DNA of 64,000 nucleotides from Candidatus Multivorans sp. (GCA_965216125.1 OZ244152.1:4427947-4491946), one strand, 5' to 3'; positions 12,164-24,801 are shown, numbered from the stretch's first letter. Notes: generated by a model not told the origin, from the letters alone. Made by a program: numbers and translations.

Positions 12164-14652
12164 CCAGAGGCGTAGAACCCGGATACAGCGGCCGACGGCG
12201 AGCGGACCCGCCGGGAGCAGCAGGATGACTCGCCGCGAGCAGGTAGGCCACCCGTTGTTCGCGGCCGTACACGCCCGTCATCTCGGCCTCCAGTCCGTAA
12301 CGAATGTCGTCACCGGCATGCCGGCCTACCGTGATCCAGCGATGAACACTCCGTTCCCAGTCGGGGAACGCATCCGACGACGACGCGCGGAATCGGCGTC
12401 TGACCTGGACCAGGGGCGCCAGCGGAGTCGGCTCGATGAACGCAACATCCTCGGTGGCCACAACGTCCACACGGTCGAGCGCCCGAAACTCGAGTTCGAC
12501 CTGTCTGGTGAACCCGGTGAGCGCGTGGTCGTCGAAGACAGCCCAGGGCTCGGACTCGGTCCAGCCGGACCAGGTCAGGTTGGCTTCGCCGTCCGGCGCC
12601 GCCTCGCGGTACGACCGCCGCACGACAGCCAGAGCCTGCGTCGGCGCCTCCGGCTTGCGCGTCCACGCGCCGCCCAACTCAACGCCCACCGGCGTCTGAG
12701 GCGCCTGCGCACCTGCAGCCTGCGCCATGTACGCGTAGTCGCGCGGTACGCCGCCGCCCCCGAAGCCCGGCATCGCATCTACCGGCGCACTCGCCTCCGA
12801 ACGGTTGCCGCTACGGTCCACGTGACGCACCCAGTAGCGCCGCGCCGCCGGAGAGTCCGTCCGACGCTCGTGCTGCGTGCCCCGTGTCGAGCCCACCAGG
12901 TTCCTCGGCCGGGGCGCCGGCGACGACGGCGCGCCCTCGTACACCTCCGTGTACGCGTAGTCCGTCTCCAGCGGCTGAGGCCAACTCAATCGCACAGCAC
13001 CCGGAACCGACGAAGCGATCAGTCCCGAGGCCGTCTCCGGCTCACCGGTGTCCCCCGCAACCATGTGAGACCTCACCGCTGACCACGCCGACTCCACACC
13101 CTCGTGAGACACCGAACGGGCACGGATCTCGTACGTCGCGCCGACCCGCACAGGCTCCAGCAACACCGGCCAACCCCGCGTCACCTCCTCGCGCGCGTCC
13201 AGCCAGTGGCCACGACTGCTCTGCCTACGCCACTGCACCTTCGTCTTCACGATCAACGAGTAGTCCGACGGCGGTTCGAGCTCCACCCGGATCCGAGGCG
13301 CCACCGTACCGTCCGCACCAGGATCAGACTGCTCCGACACCGACCGGAACGACGGCGCCGGAGGCGTCCACGGCGCCGGAGGCGCCAAGACCAGTTCCGG
13401 CATCCAAAAGCTGTCGCCGAACGTAGCCGCCGACTGCTCCACCAGATCCAGATCCACCGTATCCACGTCCGCACTCGAGGTGGAGCGCTTGGACCGCGTG
13501 ACCGCGCTGGCGCTCGAAGACAACGTCACCCCGGACACAAGAAGCAGCGCACCAGAGAAACCGGCGCCCGCGTCCGTCACCGTCACCTGATCGCCTGGAC
13601 GAAGCGACAACCACGAACCGTTGTCGCCGACCGCCAAACGGTACCGGTACACCGCCAATGCCTTCGAGGCCCGCAACGCCGCGCGCAGAAGACGGGACGC
13701 CGCCGTCGGCGAACCCAGAAACGCCGCCTCGCCCAGGTCCCGCCCGGGCGCCGCATCCGACGACGGCGACGAGGCCGCGACCGTCAGACTGAAGCCTTCC
13801 CCGGCGTGAACGCGGGAACTCGTAAGCGACAGACGCGCCGAACCGATCCGCTCCTCCACCGGCGCCGGAGGCGCGGGCGACGTACCCGGACGCACGTCAC
13901 GGTGAGGTGAACCACCGAGCGTCTGGTACTCGATCACGTTCCCCCACGACTGCCACATGCCGGCACCGCCAAGAACCTGCTCCACCCGCCACACCGTCGG
14001 CAGCTCCGGCGTCGGAGACAGGGCGCTCCTCGACCATGACGTGTCCACCGGCGGAAACTCGTTCCCCGCCGGCGACGGCGGCGGCGCAGGCGGCATCGCC
14101 CCATCGTCTTCCGCGTCGCTGGGAGGAGCGTCGTCCGTTGCCGTCCAGGCAAAACGGATCGTCTCCTCAGGCAACCCGATCTCGATCCGCTGGCCGCTCC
14201 GGTCGTGATCACGAACTGAGCCGGGTACGAAGCTTCGCCCTCCGACTCCGACCGATCGAAACCGTCGTCGAACTGAAAACGCAACGGACGCTCCCGACGA
14301 CGACTCCCCAAGACCGACAGGTCCAGACTGCCGCCAAGAGGAACTACGAGGTGCCTCGTCGACCGGTGGGGGCCGCGCCCGGCCGATGCCGGACCGCCAT
14401 CTTCAAGCCCGAACAGGTCGCCTCAACGCTTCTATCCGAGGCCTGAAGCCCCGCCGCACATAGCGAATCGCATCGGCCCCGCCGGTCGCGAGGGTCGACA
14501 ACCGACAGTCTCCTCAGCCGCACTCATTGACGGCTCGCAGCAGATCGTCTGTCAACCACCGCGCGGTAGGTCCACCGCGCCCAGGTCCCCTGCACAACGT
14601 TCCTGTTTCGGGGCGACAGCTTCAATGCCTACACTGACCCCATGAGCGGCAG

Positions 14653-14673
14653 GGCCCGCTCGGCGCGCGGGCC
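14653..14673 (-). terminator. Hairpin GGCCCGC-N7-GCGGGCC immediately after the pepP-like stop
   Basis: Reverse-strand transcript UAGGCCCGCGCGCCGAGCGGGCC; no U-tract. Confidence 0.3.
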
Positions 14674-15899
14674 TACCAGGCCCGCGGATCGAGCGCGTAC
14701 GGAAGCGGCGTCAGGTTCGTCATCCCTTCCGTCGTTATGACCACGAGATCCTCGAGCCGCACGCCCCAGCCGGCTTCCGGGTCGTAGAGACCGGGCTCGA
14801 TCGTCACCACGTCGCCCTCCAGAAGTTCCTCCGTGCCCGGTCCGGTCTCCCGGAAGCTGGGCAGTTCGTGCAGTTCGTAGCCGACGCCGTGGCCCAGCAG
14901 GTGGAAGTAGCCGGTCTGCGCACCGGGGTTCTTGTCGGGCACCGCGAAGCCCTCACCTTCGAACCTGCGGCACACCCGCTCGTGCAGGGTCCAGCCGCGC
15001 ACACCGGCCCGGACCGCGGCGAGACTGGTCTCGAGCGCCTCGAGCACCAGGCCGTGCGCCCGCGCCAGGCCCTCCGGCGGCTTTCCAACACAAAAGGTCC
15101 TGGTGCAATCGGCGAACAGGAGGCCCCTCGGGAACAGGTCGACGACCAGCGACTCGCCGGCCCGCAGAACCCGGTCCGGCGTACCGGTGCTGTGTCCGGT
15201 CGCCCCCTCCTCCGCCGGCGCGACGATCGCGCTCTCGGGCTGTTCCAGACCGTGACCGGCGAACACGGCCGCCGCCCGGGCCTTGATCCGGGCCACGGTC
15301 ACGCGCTCCTCGTCCAGCCACAGTTCGCCCCGGTCCCGCGTCGCACTGCTGGCGAGCATCTGCGCCACCGACTCGAACGCCTCGACCGTGGCCCGCGCGG
15401 CAGCGGCGATCTCCTCGATCTCGCTCCCGGTCTTGGTCCGGCGCAGGGCCTGCATCAGCCCGCGTCCCGAGACGGGCTCCCGGTTCGCCTTCCGCAGTGT
15501 TCTCGCCACCGCCACCGTCGAACCCGCCGGCGGTCGGCCGGCGACGGCGACCCGCCCGGGGCCGATCCCCGCCCGGTCGAAGGCCGCGTCGAGCGCTGCG
15601 GCGAGGATCTCCTCGTGGTTTTTCCCTTCGCGGCGAAGGGTCTCCATCCCGAAGTCGGCCGGGTGGATCAGCTCGACGCCGCCGGCCTCCGCAAGGGCCG
15701 CCTCGCCCCGCTCCATCGACGTGAAGTAGATCAGGCGGGCGCCGGAACCGTCGGCGAGCACACAGGCATCCCCCAACCGCGCTCCGCCGACGAAGGGAAG
15801 CAGGTCCGGGTCGCGGCTCGACCCGGCGAGCACCAGGAGAGCCTCGACCTCCTCACCGGCAAGCAGCTCGGCCAGGAGTTCGCTTCGCGGCCAGGTCAT
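14673..15899 (-). CDS. M24 family Xaa-Pro aminopeptidase / prolidase
   Basis: Creatinase N-terminal domain plus M24 metal-ligand motifs (HGVGYELHE, VVTIEPGLY). Confidence 0.85.
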   Translation of the reverse strand: MTWPRSELLAELLAGEEVEALLVLAGSSRDPDLLPFVGGARLGDACVLADGSGARLIYFTSMERGEAALAEAGGVELIHPADFGMETLRREGKNHEEILAAALDAAFDRAGIGPGRVAVAGRPPAGSTVAVARTLRKANREPVSGRGLMQALRRTKTGSEIEEIAAAARATVEAFESVAQMLASSATRDRGELWLDEERVTVARIKARAAAVFAGHGLEQPESAIVAPAEEGATGHSTGTPDRVLRAGESLVVDLFPRGLLFADCTRTFCVGKPPEGLARAHGLVLEALETSLAAVRAGVRGWTLHERVCRRFEGEGFAVPDKNPGAQTGYFHLLGHGVGYELHELPSFRETGPGTEELLEGDVVTIEPGLYDPEAGWGVRLEDLVVITTEGMTNLTPLPYALDPRAW

Positions 15900-15918
15900 C
15901 CCGGCGCCTCGCAGCTCG

Positions 15919-16248
15919 CTAGACGTGATCGTCCAGGAAGGCCTGGAACCGCATCTTGGGTGCTGCGCCGGTCATGCGCCCCACGATCTCGCCGTCCTTG
16001 AACAGAATGAAGTGCGGGATCCCCTGCACGCCGTAGCGCACGGCAACGTCCTGGGCGTGGTCGACGTCCAGCTTGGCGATCCTCACACGGCCGCCGTACT
16101 CATCCGCGAGTTCGTCGAGAACCGGCGCCACCATGCGGCAGGGACCGCACCAGGTGGCCCAGAAGTCGACCAGAACCGGGCTTTCGGAGCCCAGCACCTG
16201 ATCTTGGAAACTCTGACTGTCCACATTGAAGATCTGTTCGCTTGCCAT
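15919..16248 (-). CDS. trxA: Thioredoxin
   Basis: 109 aa, WCGPC active site. Confidence 0.95.
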   Translation of the reverse strand: MASEQIFNVDSQSFQDQVLGSESPVLVDFWATWCGPCRMVAPVLDELADEYGGRVRIAKLDVDHAQDVAVRYGVQGIPHFILFKDGEIVGRMTGAAPKMRFQAFLDDHV

Positions 16249-16289
16249 GGGGTTAGGGTCCCTCGTGTCAGGTTAGGTGTGTTGGTTGA

Positions 16290-17237
16290 TCAATGGGAAC
16301 TCTCGAGACGGCGAAAGTACTCCCGCGCCGCGTCCGCGTCACGTCCGATCTGCGCGGAGAGGTCCATCATCGACGAGAACAGCTTCTCCTCGCGCAGGTG
16401 CCGGCAGAAGGACACGTCCACGCGCTCACCGTACACATCGCTCGAAAAGTCGAGGATGTGGCTCTCGATGACCCGCCGGTAGTTCTCGTACACGGTCGGC
16501 CTAGTGCCGACGTTCGTCACCGACCGGAAGGTCGCCTCGAAGCTGGGGAAGTACACCTTGGTCACGTACACGCCGTTGTGCGGGTAGAGCTCGTTCTCGG
16601 GCGCCAGGTTGATCGTCGGCCACCCGAGCCGCTGGCCCATCCGGTCGCCGCGGGCTATGGCGCCCGTCATGGTGTAGGGGCGTCCGAGCAGATCGTTCGC
16701 CTCCGCGATCCTGCCTTCCAGTACGAGGCGTCGGATCCGGCTGCTCGACACCCGCTCGCCGCCGGAGCGCACCTCGTCGATCTCAACGGCCGCGAAGCCG
16801 CAGGACGCTCCCAACTCCCTGAGCAGCGCCATGTTGCCCTCACGCCGGCGGCCGAAGGTGAAGTTCGAACCGACGTAGAGCTCGGAAACGGCAAGCTGGC
16901 CGTGCAGGAAGTCGCGCACGAAAGCGCGCGCGCGGGTGCCTGCGAACTCGTGCGAGAAGCGGATCGTGAGCACGTAGTCGACGCCCGCGGCCGCCAGCAG
17001 GGCCTCCTTCTGGTCCTGGGTCACCAGGCGCGGCGGCGCCTCCTCCGGGCGAAGGACGCTGAGAGGGTGAGGATCAAAGGTGATCACCGCGGACGGAACG
17101 CCGACTTCCCGGGCGCGGCCGGTGACCATGTCGAGCACGCTCTGCTGGCCAATGTGAACACCGTCGTAGTTGCCGATCGTGGCGATCACGCCACGCGGAA
17201 GTTCGGTCGACTTCATCGCGTCCCGGATCGCCGACAT
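16290..17237 (-). CDS. ribF: Bifunctional riboflavin kinase / FAD synthetase
   Basis: N-terminal FAD synthetase (GNYDGVHIGQ) and C-terminal flavokinase domain. Confidence 0.9.
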   Translation of the reverse strand: MSAIRDAMKSTELPRGVIATIGNYDGVHIGQQSVLDMVTGRAREVGVPSAVITFDPHPLSVLRPEEAPPRLVTQDQKEALLAAAGVDYVLTIRFSHEFAGTRARAFVRDFLHGQLAVSELYVGSNFTFGRRREGNMALLRELGASCGFAAVEIDEVRSGGERVSSSRIRRLVLEGRIAEANDLLGRPYTMTGAIARGDRMGQRLGWPTINLAPENELYPHNGVYVTKVYFPSFEATFRSVTNVGTRPTVYENYRRVIESHILDFSSDVYGERVDVSFCRHLREEKLFSSMMDLSAQIGRDADAAREYFRRLESSH

Positions 17238-18715
17238 CAGGGCTTCGCCCCCGCGATGGCCGGCGCAGTGGCCGCCGCTCTCCTAGGTCCGACGATCCGG
17301 CCTACGAGGTCGTCGGCGAACGCATCCGTCACCTCGACCTCCACGATGCTCCCCGCGACGACATCGTCCAGCGACAGGTCGACCGTGGCGCTGCCGGCAT
17401 CGCCGGCGACGACGTCGTTGATCAGCACCCGGCCGTCCACGTCCGGCGCCATGCCCTGGTGCCGGGCCTGGAGCAGGTGCTCGGTCTCCTCGCAGGGCCC
17501 CTCGATCAGCATCGGCATCGTCCTGCCGACAAGACGTTGCCGGCGCTCCAGGGCGATTGCCCGCTGCAGTTCGAGCAATCGCTCCTTGCGCTCCTCGGCC
17601 ACCGGGCGCGGCACCGGGTCCGGCAGCGCCGCCGACGGCGTATCGCTCTCGCGGCTGTAGACGAACGCGCCGAGGTGATCGAAGCGAACCTCGGAGACGA
17701 AGTCGAGCAGGTCTTCGAAGGCCGCGTCGTCCTCGCCCGGGAAGCCGACGATGAAGGTCGTACGCAGGCTCACTTCGGGATCGAGTGCGCGCGCCCGCTC
17801 GAAGATCCGCCGGTACCGGTCCGCGTTTCCGCCCCGGCGCATGGCGCGCAGCATGCGCCGGTCGCTGTGCTGGAGCGGCATGTCGAGATACGACGCCACC
17901 CGCGGTTCGGCCGCCATCAACTCGAGCAGGGCGTCGTCGAGCGTGGTCGGATAGGCGTAGAGGAACCGGATCCACTCCGCGTCCGTGCCCGCGAGCAACG
18001 CCTCCACGAGACGCGCCAGACCGTGCCGGCCGTAGTCCAGATCTTCCCCGTACCGGGTCGTGTCCTGGGCCACGAGCACGAGTTCGCGCGCCCCGCGCGC
18101 CACCAGATCGCGCCCCTCCGCGACCAGGCTGTCCATTGTGCGACTCCGCAACCGGCCCCGCCACACGGGAATGGCGCAGAAGGTACACGGGTTGTTGCAC
18201 CCTTCCGCGACCTTGAGGTACGCGTAGCCGCTCGTGGTGAGCAACCGGCTGTCCCGGTGATCGAAGACCAGGTGGGACGCGGAGGGCTCCGCGGCTGGAG
18301 CGCCGCCGAGCTTGACCAGGGAACCCACCTGGCGCAGGGAGTCGAGATCGACGAAGCCGTCGATCTCGGGGATCTCGGCCTGAAGCTCCTGGCCGTACCG
18401 GTTGGCCATGCAGCCCGCGACCAGAACCTTTCGTACGGACGCGCCGCCGTCGGACTTGCGGGCCGCGGCCTCCAGAATCGCGTCGATCGACTCCTCCCTG
18501 GCCTCGTCGATGAAGCCGCAGGTATTGACGATCACCGTCTCGGCCTCATCCAGGTCCGCGACCAGCCGGTAGCCCTGACGGTCCAGCACACCGAGCATGA
18601 TCTCGCTGTCGACGTGGTTCTTGGCGCAGCCGAGGCTGACCAGGCCAACCGCGGCCCGGCGCTCCGGCACGCCGGACCGAGCGCCCGGATCCGCCCTCCT
18701 CGCGGGGGTCGACAC
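17237..18715 (-). CDS. rimO: Ribosomal protein S12 methylthiotransferase RimO (radical SAM MiaB family with TRAM domain)
   Basis: VSLGCAKN, CxxxCxxC radical-SAM motif (CNNPCTFC), C-terminal TRAM domain. Stop/start overlap with ribF. Confidence 0.85.
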   Translation of the reverse strand: MSTPARRADPGARSGVPERRAAVGLVSLGCAKNHVDSEIMLGVLDRQGYRLVADLDEAETVIVNTCGFIDEAREESIDAILEAAARKSDGGASVRKVLVAGCMANRYGQELQAEIPEIDGFVDLDSLRQVGSLVKLGGAPAAEPSASHLVFDHRDSRLLTTSGYAYLKVAEGCNNPCTFCAIPVWRGRLRSRTMDSLVAEGRDLVARGARELVLVAQDTTRYGEDLDYGRHGLARLVEALLAGTDAEWIRFLYAYPTTLDDALLELMAAEPRVASYLDMPLQHSDRRMLRAMRRGGNADRYRRIFERARALDPEVSLRTTFIVGFPGEDDAAFEDLLDFVSEVRFDHLGAFVYSRESDTPSAALPDPVPRPVAEERKERLLELQRAIALERRQRLVGRTMPMLIEGPCEETEHLLQARHQGMAPDVDGRVLINDVVAGDAGSATVDLSLDDVVAGSIVEVEVTDAFADDLVGRIVGPRRAAATAPAIAGAKP

Positions 18716-18721
18716 GGTTCC

Positions 18722-20593
18722 TTAAGAGGCGGCGGCAGCCGTCTGGCGCGCCTGACGCATCGACGGATCGAGGGCGTCCAGGAGTTCCTCGCGCCCGATA
18801 TGCCGACCCTGCATCACGTCCTGCGCGGTGCGGTACTTGAGCGCGTCCTCGTTGTGCCACAGCTCGTGGAAGAGCTGCTTCACGCGCCGCCGGGACATGC
18901 GGCAGAAGAGGTCGCACAGCGCCGCGGAACGTGCGGCCGACTCGGCGCCCTTCTGCGCCTCGGTGTGGGCCCGGGAGATCGAGGCGGCCATGGCGAAGAG
19001 TTCGTTGACCACATCGACGAGGCGGAACAGGAACATCTGGCGCCGCTCCATCTTCTCGCGGTAGACGAGCATGCCGTGGAAGCTCTCGCGCGCCAGCTTG
19101 CGCGCGGCGCGATCGATGAAGCGGAGGTGCCGGGCATAGGGCCCGTAGCCGGCGTAGCGGGGCCAGCGACCCCACGCCAGCCACCGCGTCGGATACCACC
19201 AGGCGTAGAAGAGACCGATCTTCGGCAGCGCCGCCAGCTTGGCGCCAATGCCCGCGCGCTTGTCGATCAGGGCGCCGGCCACCTGAAGGTGCTTGTCCAC
19301 CGCCTCGCGGGCCATGATCAGGTGCATGATCTCGCTTGAACCCTCGAAGATCCGGTTGATCCGGAAGTCGCGCATCATCCGCTCGATGCCGACCGGCTCC
19401 TCACCGCGGTCTCGCAGGGAGGACTCCGTCTCATAGCCGCGACCGCCGCGCACCTGCATCGTCTCGTCGATGATCTGCCAGCCGCGCCATGTGTTCCACT
19501 CCTTGCAGGCCGCGCTCTCGAGCCGCAGGTCGAGCTTCTTGTTGTTCGCCATGTGGCTGGCCAGCTTGACGATCGCCTCCATGGCGAAGCCGTAGGCGGC
19601 GATGTCCGAGATCTTCTGCGCGATCGCCTCGTGCTTGCCGATCGGCACGCCCCACTGAATCCGCGTGCTGCTGAACTCACGCACCGCCTTCAGGCAGTAC
19701 TTGGCGGCGCCCACCGAACTGTTGGGGATCGACAGCCGGCCATCGTTCAGAGTGGTCAGGGCGATCTTGAGTCCCTTGCCCTCCTGGCCGATCAGGTTCT
19801 CCTTCGGCACCTTCACGTTGTCGAACTGGATGATGCCGTTGGCCAGTGCCCTGAGACCCATGAAGTGGCAGCGGCGCTCGACCGAAACTCCCTCCCATGC
19901 GGTTTCAACGACAAAGGAGCTGATCTTCTCGGTCACGGGATCCATCGCCATGACCACCAGGAGACCGGCCTTGGTGCCGTTCGTGCACCACAGCTTGGTG
20001 CCGTTGAGCAGGTAGAAGTCGCCGTCCAGCACCGCCGACGTCGCGAGACGGGCGGGATCCGAACCCACTTCCGGCTCGGTGAGGGCGAAGGCGGAGATCT
20101 CACCGCTCGCGCAGCGCGGCAGGTACTTCCGCTTCAGCTCCTCGGTGCCGAACAGGTTGAGCGGCTGTGGCACCCCGATCGACTGGTGAGCCGACAGCAG
20201 GGCCGTCAGATTGCCGTCAAAGGCGCCGATCAGCTCCATGACCTGGGCGTACTCGACCTGGTCGAATCCGAGGCCGTCGTACTCGGTCGGGATCTTCATG
20301 CCGAAGGCGCCGAGCCTGGCGAGACCGTCGATCACGTGGTCCGGGTAGTCCTCCGAGACGTCGATCTCGATTGGATCGACCTCACAGCATAGGAAGTCGG
20401 TGAGCGCCGAGTAGAAGGACTCGAACTCCGGGCGCCACTCGTCCCGCGAGGGATAGGGACAGATCAGGTCGAACCGGAAGTTGCCGAGGAACAGCTCCTT
20501 CATGAAGGACGGGTTCTTCCACTCCTTCTGGCGCGATGCCTCGGCGACCGCTCGGGCCTTCTCTTCGCTCACTCGAACCTGTGGCTGGCTCAT
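18722..20593 (-). CDS. Long-form acyl-CoA dehydrogenase (FadE-like) with ~200-aa C-terminal extension. Start ATG at 20593 or 20617 is preferred; the frame is open to 20713.
   Basis: ACAD N, M and C domains (GGRGYETESS...IFEGSSEIM) followed by a conserved helical tail. Confidence 0.8.
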   Translation of the reverse strand: MSQPQVRVSEEKARAVAEASRQKEWKNPSFMKELFLGNFRFDLICPYPSRDEWRPEFESFYSALTDFLCCEVDPIEIDVSEDYPDHVIDGLARLGAFGMKIPTEYDGLGFDQVEYAQVMELIGAFDGNLTALLSAHQSIGVPQPLNLFGTEELKRKYLPRCASGEISAFALTEPEVGSDPARLATSAVLDGDFYLLNGTKLWCTNGTKAGLLVVMAMDPVTEKISSFVVETAWEGVSVERRCHFMGLRALANGIIQFDNVKVPKENLIGQEGKGLKIALTTLNDGRLSIPNSSVGAAKYCLKAVREFSSTRIQWGVPIGKHEAIAQKISDIAAYGFAMEAIVKLASHMANNKKLDLRLESAACKEWNTWRGWQIIDETMQVRGGRGYETESSLRDRGEEPVGIERMMRDFRINRIFEGSSEIMHLIMAREAVDKHLQVAGALIDKRAGIGAKLAALPKIGLFYAWWYPTRWLAWGRWPRYAGYGPYARHLRFIDRAARKLARESFHGMLVYREKMERRQMFLFRLVDVVNELFAMAASISRAHTEAQKGAESAARSAALCDLFCRMSRRRVKQLFHELWHNEDALKYRTAQDVMQGRHIGREELLDALDPSMRQARQTAAAAS

Positions 20594-20744
20594 CGACTCG
20601 GCTCCTGTTGGCTCCATGAAACAACATGTACCCTGCGCATCGGCGCGGCGAAGACGCCGCGACTCTACTGCTGACTGGCAAGGGTCCCTCCCGACGCGTC
20701 GGGACGGGAGCATTGTACCCGGCGGCGCCCGCCGCCGCCGCTGC

Positions 20745-22304
20745 CTAGCCTTCTTCTTCCTCGATCTTGCCCCAGCCGCCGCCGCCCGGCGTTTCCAGAA
20801 CCAGGAGGTCCCCCGGCTCGACGTCGGCCTGATCGACGGAGGCCAGTTCCCGTACGCCTCCGGCGGCGCGCCGGATACGGGCGCGACCGACGCTTCCGCA
20901 CTCGCCTCCGTCGACCCCGAAGGGCCGCTCCACCCGGTGCTGGCCGAGTACCGAGACCTGCTGCCGGGTCAGGAAGCGCAACTCACGCCGAAGACCGTCG
21001 CCGCCCGGGTACCTGCCGGCGCCTCCCGACCCCGGCCGCAGGCCGAATCGCTCGAGACGCACGGGATAGCGGTGCTCCAGCACTTCGGGATCGGTGATCC
21101 GCGTGTTCGTCATGTGCGTGTGGACGCCGCTGGCGCCGGCAAAGCCGGGACCGGCGCCGGCGCCCCCGCCGACCGTCTCGTAGTACCCGAAGGTGTCGTC
21201 GCCGAACAGCGTGTTGTTCATCGTGCCCTGCCCGCAGGCGCAGAGACCGAGCGCCCGCAGCAGCGTGTCGACGACCCGCTGGCTCGTCTCGACGTTGCCC
21301 CCGACCACTGCCGGGCAGCGCCTCGGGTCGGCCGAGAACTCGGGGTTCAGCATGCCGCGGGGGATCACGATTTCCACCGGCTCGAGCAGTCCCTCGTTGA
21401 GCTGCAACGGCACCCCGATCAGCAGCCGCAGGACATAGATCGTGGCGCTCCGGACGATCGCCGGGGTGGCGTTCAGGTTGCCCGGGTGAGTCGGGGCGCT
21501 GCCGGTGAAGTCGATCCGCGCCGAACCGCGCTCGATCGTCACCTCGACCTCGATCGGCGAGCCGTCGTCGAGCCGTTCGAGAGCATGGAAGGACTGGCGC
21601 CCCGTGCTCCGTACGTGTTCCTCCAGGGCGACCCGCATGCGGTCCGCGGCGCGCGAGTAGAGCGCCGACATGTAGCGGCGCACCTCGTCCTCGCCATGGT
21701 CCCGCGCAAGCTGCTGAAGCGCGGCCGCTCCACGCCGGTTGGCCGCCACCGCCGCGCCGAGATCGGCGAGATTCTCCGCTACCGAACGGGACGGCGAAGG
21801 ACCCCGGCGCAGCAGCGCCTCCATCTGCTCCCACTGGGGTTCGCCGGCCCGCACCAGGCGCTGCGGCGCGATGACCACCCCCTCCTCGGCCAGGTTCGCC
21901 GCCTTCGGCGGCATCGAGCCGGGTCGAATGCCGCCGAGCTCGGCGTGGTGGGCCCGGTTCGCGACGTAGCCGATCAGCCGGCCGTCCACGTGGACGGGGG
22001 CAATGACCGTGATGTCCGGCAGGTGGGACCCGCCATAGCCGGGATGGTTCGTGACCGCGACATCGCCGGGGTCGAGTTCGAGCTCGGCGGCGACACCGCG
22101 CACGCACTCGCCGAGGGCGCCCAGGTGCACCGGTATGTGCGGCGCGTTGACCAGCAGCCTGCCATCCGCATCGAGCAGGCCGCACGAGAAGTCGAGCCGC
22201 TCCTTGATGTTCACCGACATCGCGGTCCGCTGCAGCATCACGCCCATCTCGGACGCGATCGCCGCGAACCGATTCGAGAACAGCTCCAGCCGGACCGGAT
22301 CCAC
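20745..22304 (-). CDS. Hydantoinase B / oxoprolinase family protein (HyuB-type). No hyuA partner in the window.
   Basis: 519 aa with typical Hydantoinase_B core motifs. Confidence 0.85.
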   Translation of the reverse strand: MDPVRLELFSNRFAAIASEMGVMLQRTAMSVNIKERLDFSCGLLDADGRLLVNAPHIPVHLGALGECVRGVAAELELDPGDVAVTNHPGYGGSHLPDITVIAPVHVDGRLIGYVANRAHHAELGGIRPGSMPPKAANLAEEGVVIAPQRLVRAGEPQWEQMEALLRRGPSPSRSVAENLADLGAAVAANRRGAAALQQLARDHGEDEVRRYMSALYSRAADRMRVALEEHVRSTGRQSFHALERLDDGSPIEVEVTIERGSARIDFTGSAPTHPGNLNATPAIVRSATIYVLRLLIGVPLQLNEGLLEPVEIVIPRGMLNPEFSADPRRCPAVVGGNVETSQRVVDTLLRALGLCACGQGTMNNTLFGDDTFGYYETVGGGAGAGPGFAGASGVHTHMTNTRITDPEVLEHRYPVRLERFGLRPGSGGAGRYPGGDGLRRELRFLTRQQVSVLGQHRVERPFGVDGGECGSVGRARIRRAAGGVRELASVDQADVEPGDLLVLETPGGGGWGKIEEEEG

Positions 22305-22425
22305 GGACGGAGTCTACGCGGGCGGGCGTCGGCAAGCACTCCCGGCCCCCAAGTCGCTAAGGTACCGCTTCCAAACGAGCTGAGAAGACACCGGAACACG
22401 ACCCCGAAACCCCTCAGGAGCCGCC

Positions 22426-24051
<1,626 letters not shown>

Positions 24052-24093
24052 ATCTTGACACCAAACTGTACAAGTCGGATACTCTGAACTGTC

Positions 24094-24357
24094 ATGAGAA
24101 CGGTTAACGCCCTGCAACTTCGTCAGAGTCTCGGCAAGGTACTCGACCACCTCGAGCGGCACGGGGACCCGATTCTTGTTTGCCGTCGCCGGACGCCGGC
24201 GGCCGCCCTGGTCAGTCTCAAGGACTACCGGGAGCGCTTCGTCGACCGAGAGGCCGATGAGCGGCGGCGTGAAGTGGTTGCCAGACTGCGCGGGTTGAAG
24301 TTCGAGTCGCCGGCCACAGGCACGACGCTCGACATCCTTCGCGACCTCCGGTCGTGA
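24094..24357 (+). CDS. Phd/YefM-family type II antitoxin
   Basis: 87 aa. ATGA overlap with the downstream PIN gene. Confidence 0.8.
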   Translation: MRTVNALQLRQSLGKVLDHLERHGDPILVCRRRTPAAALVSLKDYRERFVDREADERRREVVARLRGLKFESPATGTTLDILRDLRS

Positions 24358-24764
24358 TCGTCGTAGACGCTTCGGTCGCGATCAAGTGGTTCGTGACCAG
24401 CGAGCCTCTGGTGGAAGAGGCGGAGCGCGTTCTCGGAGAGATCGAAGAGGATCCGTCTGGCTACCTGGTCCCGGATCTGTTCATGAACGAGTTGCTCGCC
24501 GTTCTCTGCCGTCTGCCTGGGAGCACTCCGTCAAAGGTCAAGGAGGCTCTTTCTCTGGTCGAAGCGCTCGGCATGAAGCGGATCGGCAACGGACATGAAC
24601 TCCTGGCTCTTGCGGCCGACTTCGCGGGCCGCTGGCGGCTATCCGGATACGACGCGGTCTACCTGGCGCTGGCTTCGCTCGCAGGCGGCGAGTGGCTGAC
24701 CGCTGATGCGCGGGCGGTGCGCCGGGTTGCGAACAGCGACCTGGTTTCTCTGCTCGGGTCGTAG
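24354..24764 (+). CDS. vapC: PIN-domain toxin VapC
   Basis: 136 aa, [12 protein letters not shown] start with a conserved acidic PIN quartet. Confidence 0.85.
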   Translation: MIVVDASVAIKWFVTSEPLVEEAERVLGEIEEDPSGYLVPDLFMNELLAVLCRLPGSTPSKVKEALSLVEALGMKRIGNGHELLALAADFAGRWRLSGYDAVYLALASLAGGEWLTADARAVRRVANSDLVSLLGS

Positions 24765-24778
24765 CCGACGCCGGAACA

Positions 24779-24799
24779 GGCAGTCTGCCGAGCAGACTG
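24779..24799. terminator. 7-bp stem hairpin between convergent vapC and the esterase, candidate bidirectional terminator
   Basis: GCAGTCTG-ccgag-CAGACTG(G). Confidence 0.3.
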
Positions 24800-24801
24800 G
24801 C

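Noticed and set aside
12225-13910. Arg-rich forward-strand ORFs (285 and 268 aa) inside the FN3 gene region
   Set aside because: Extreme R, P and A composition typical of antisense frames in GC-rich DNA. The reverse-strand 683-codon ORF is the coherent one.
17283-19339. Several overlapping 300–600-aa ORFs on both strands over rimO and the FadE-like gene
   Set aside because: Low-complexity R/G/A-rich shadows. Radical-SAM and ACAD motifs identify the real frames.
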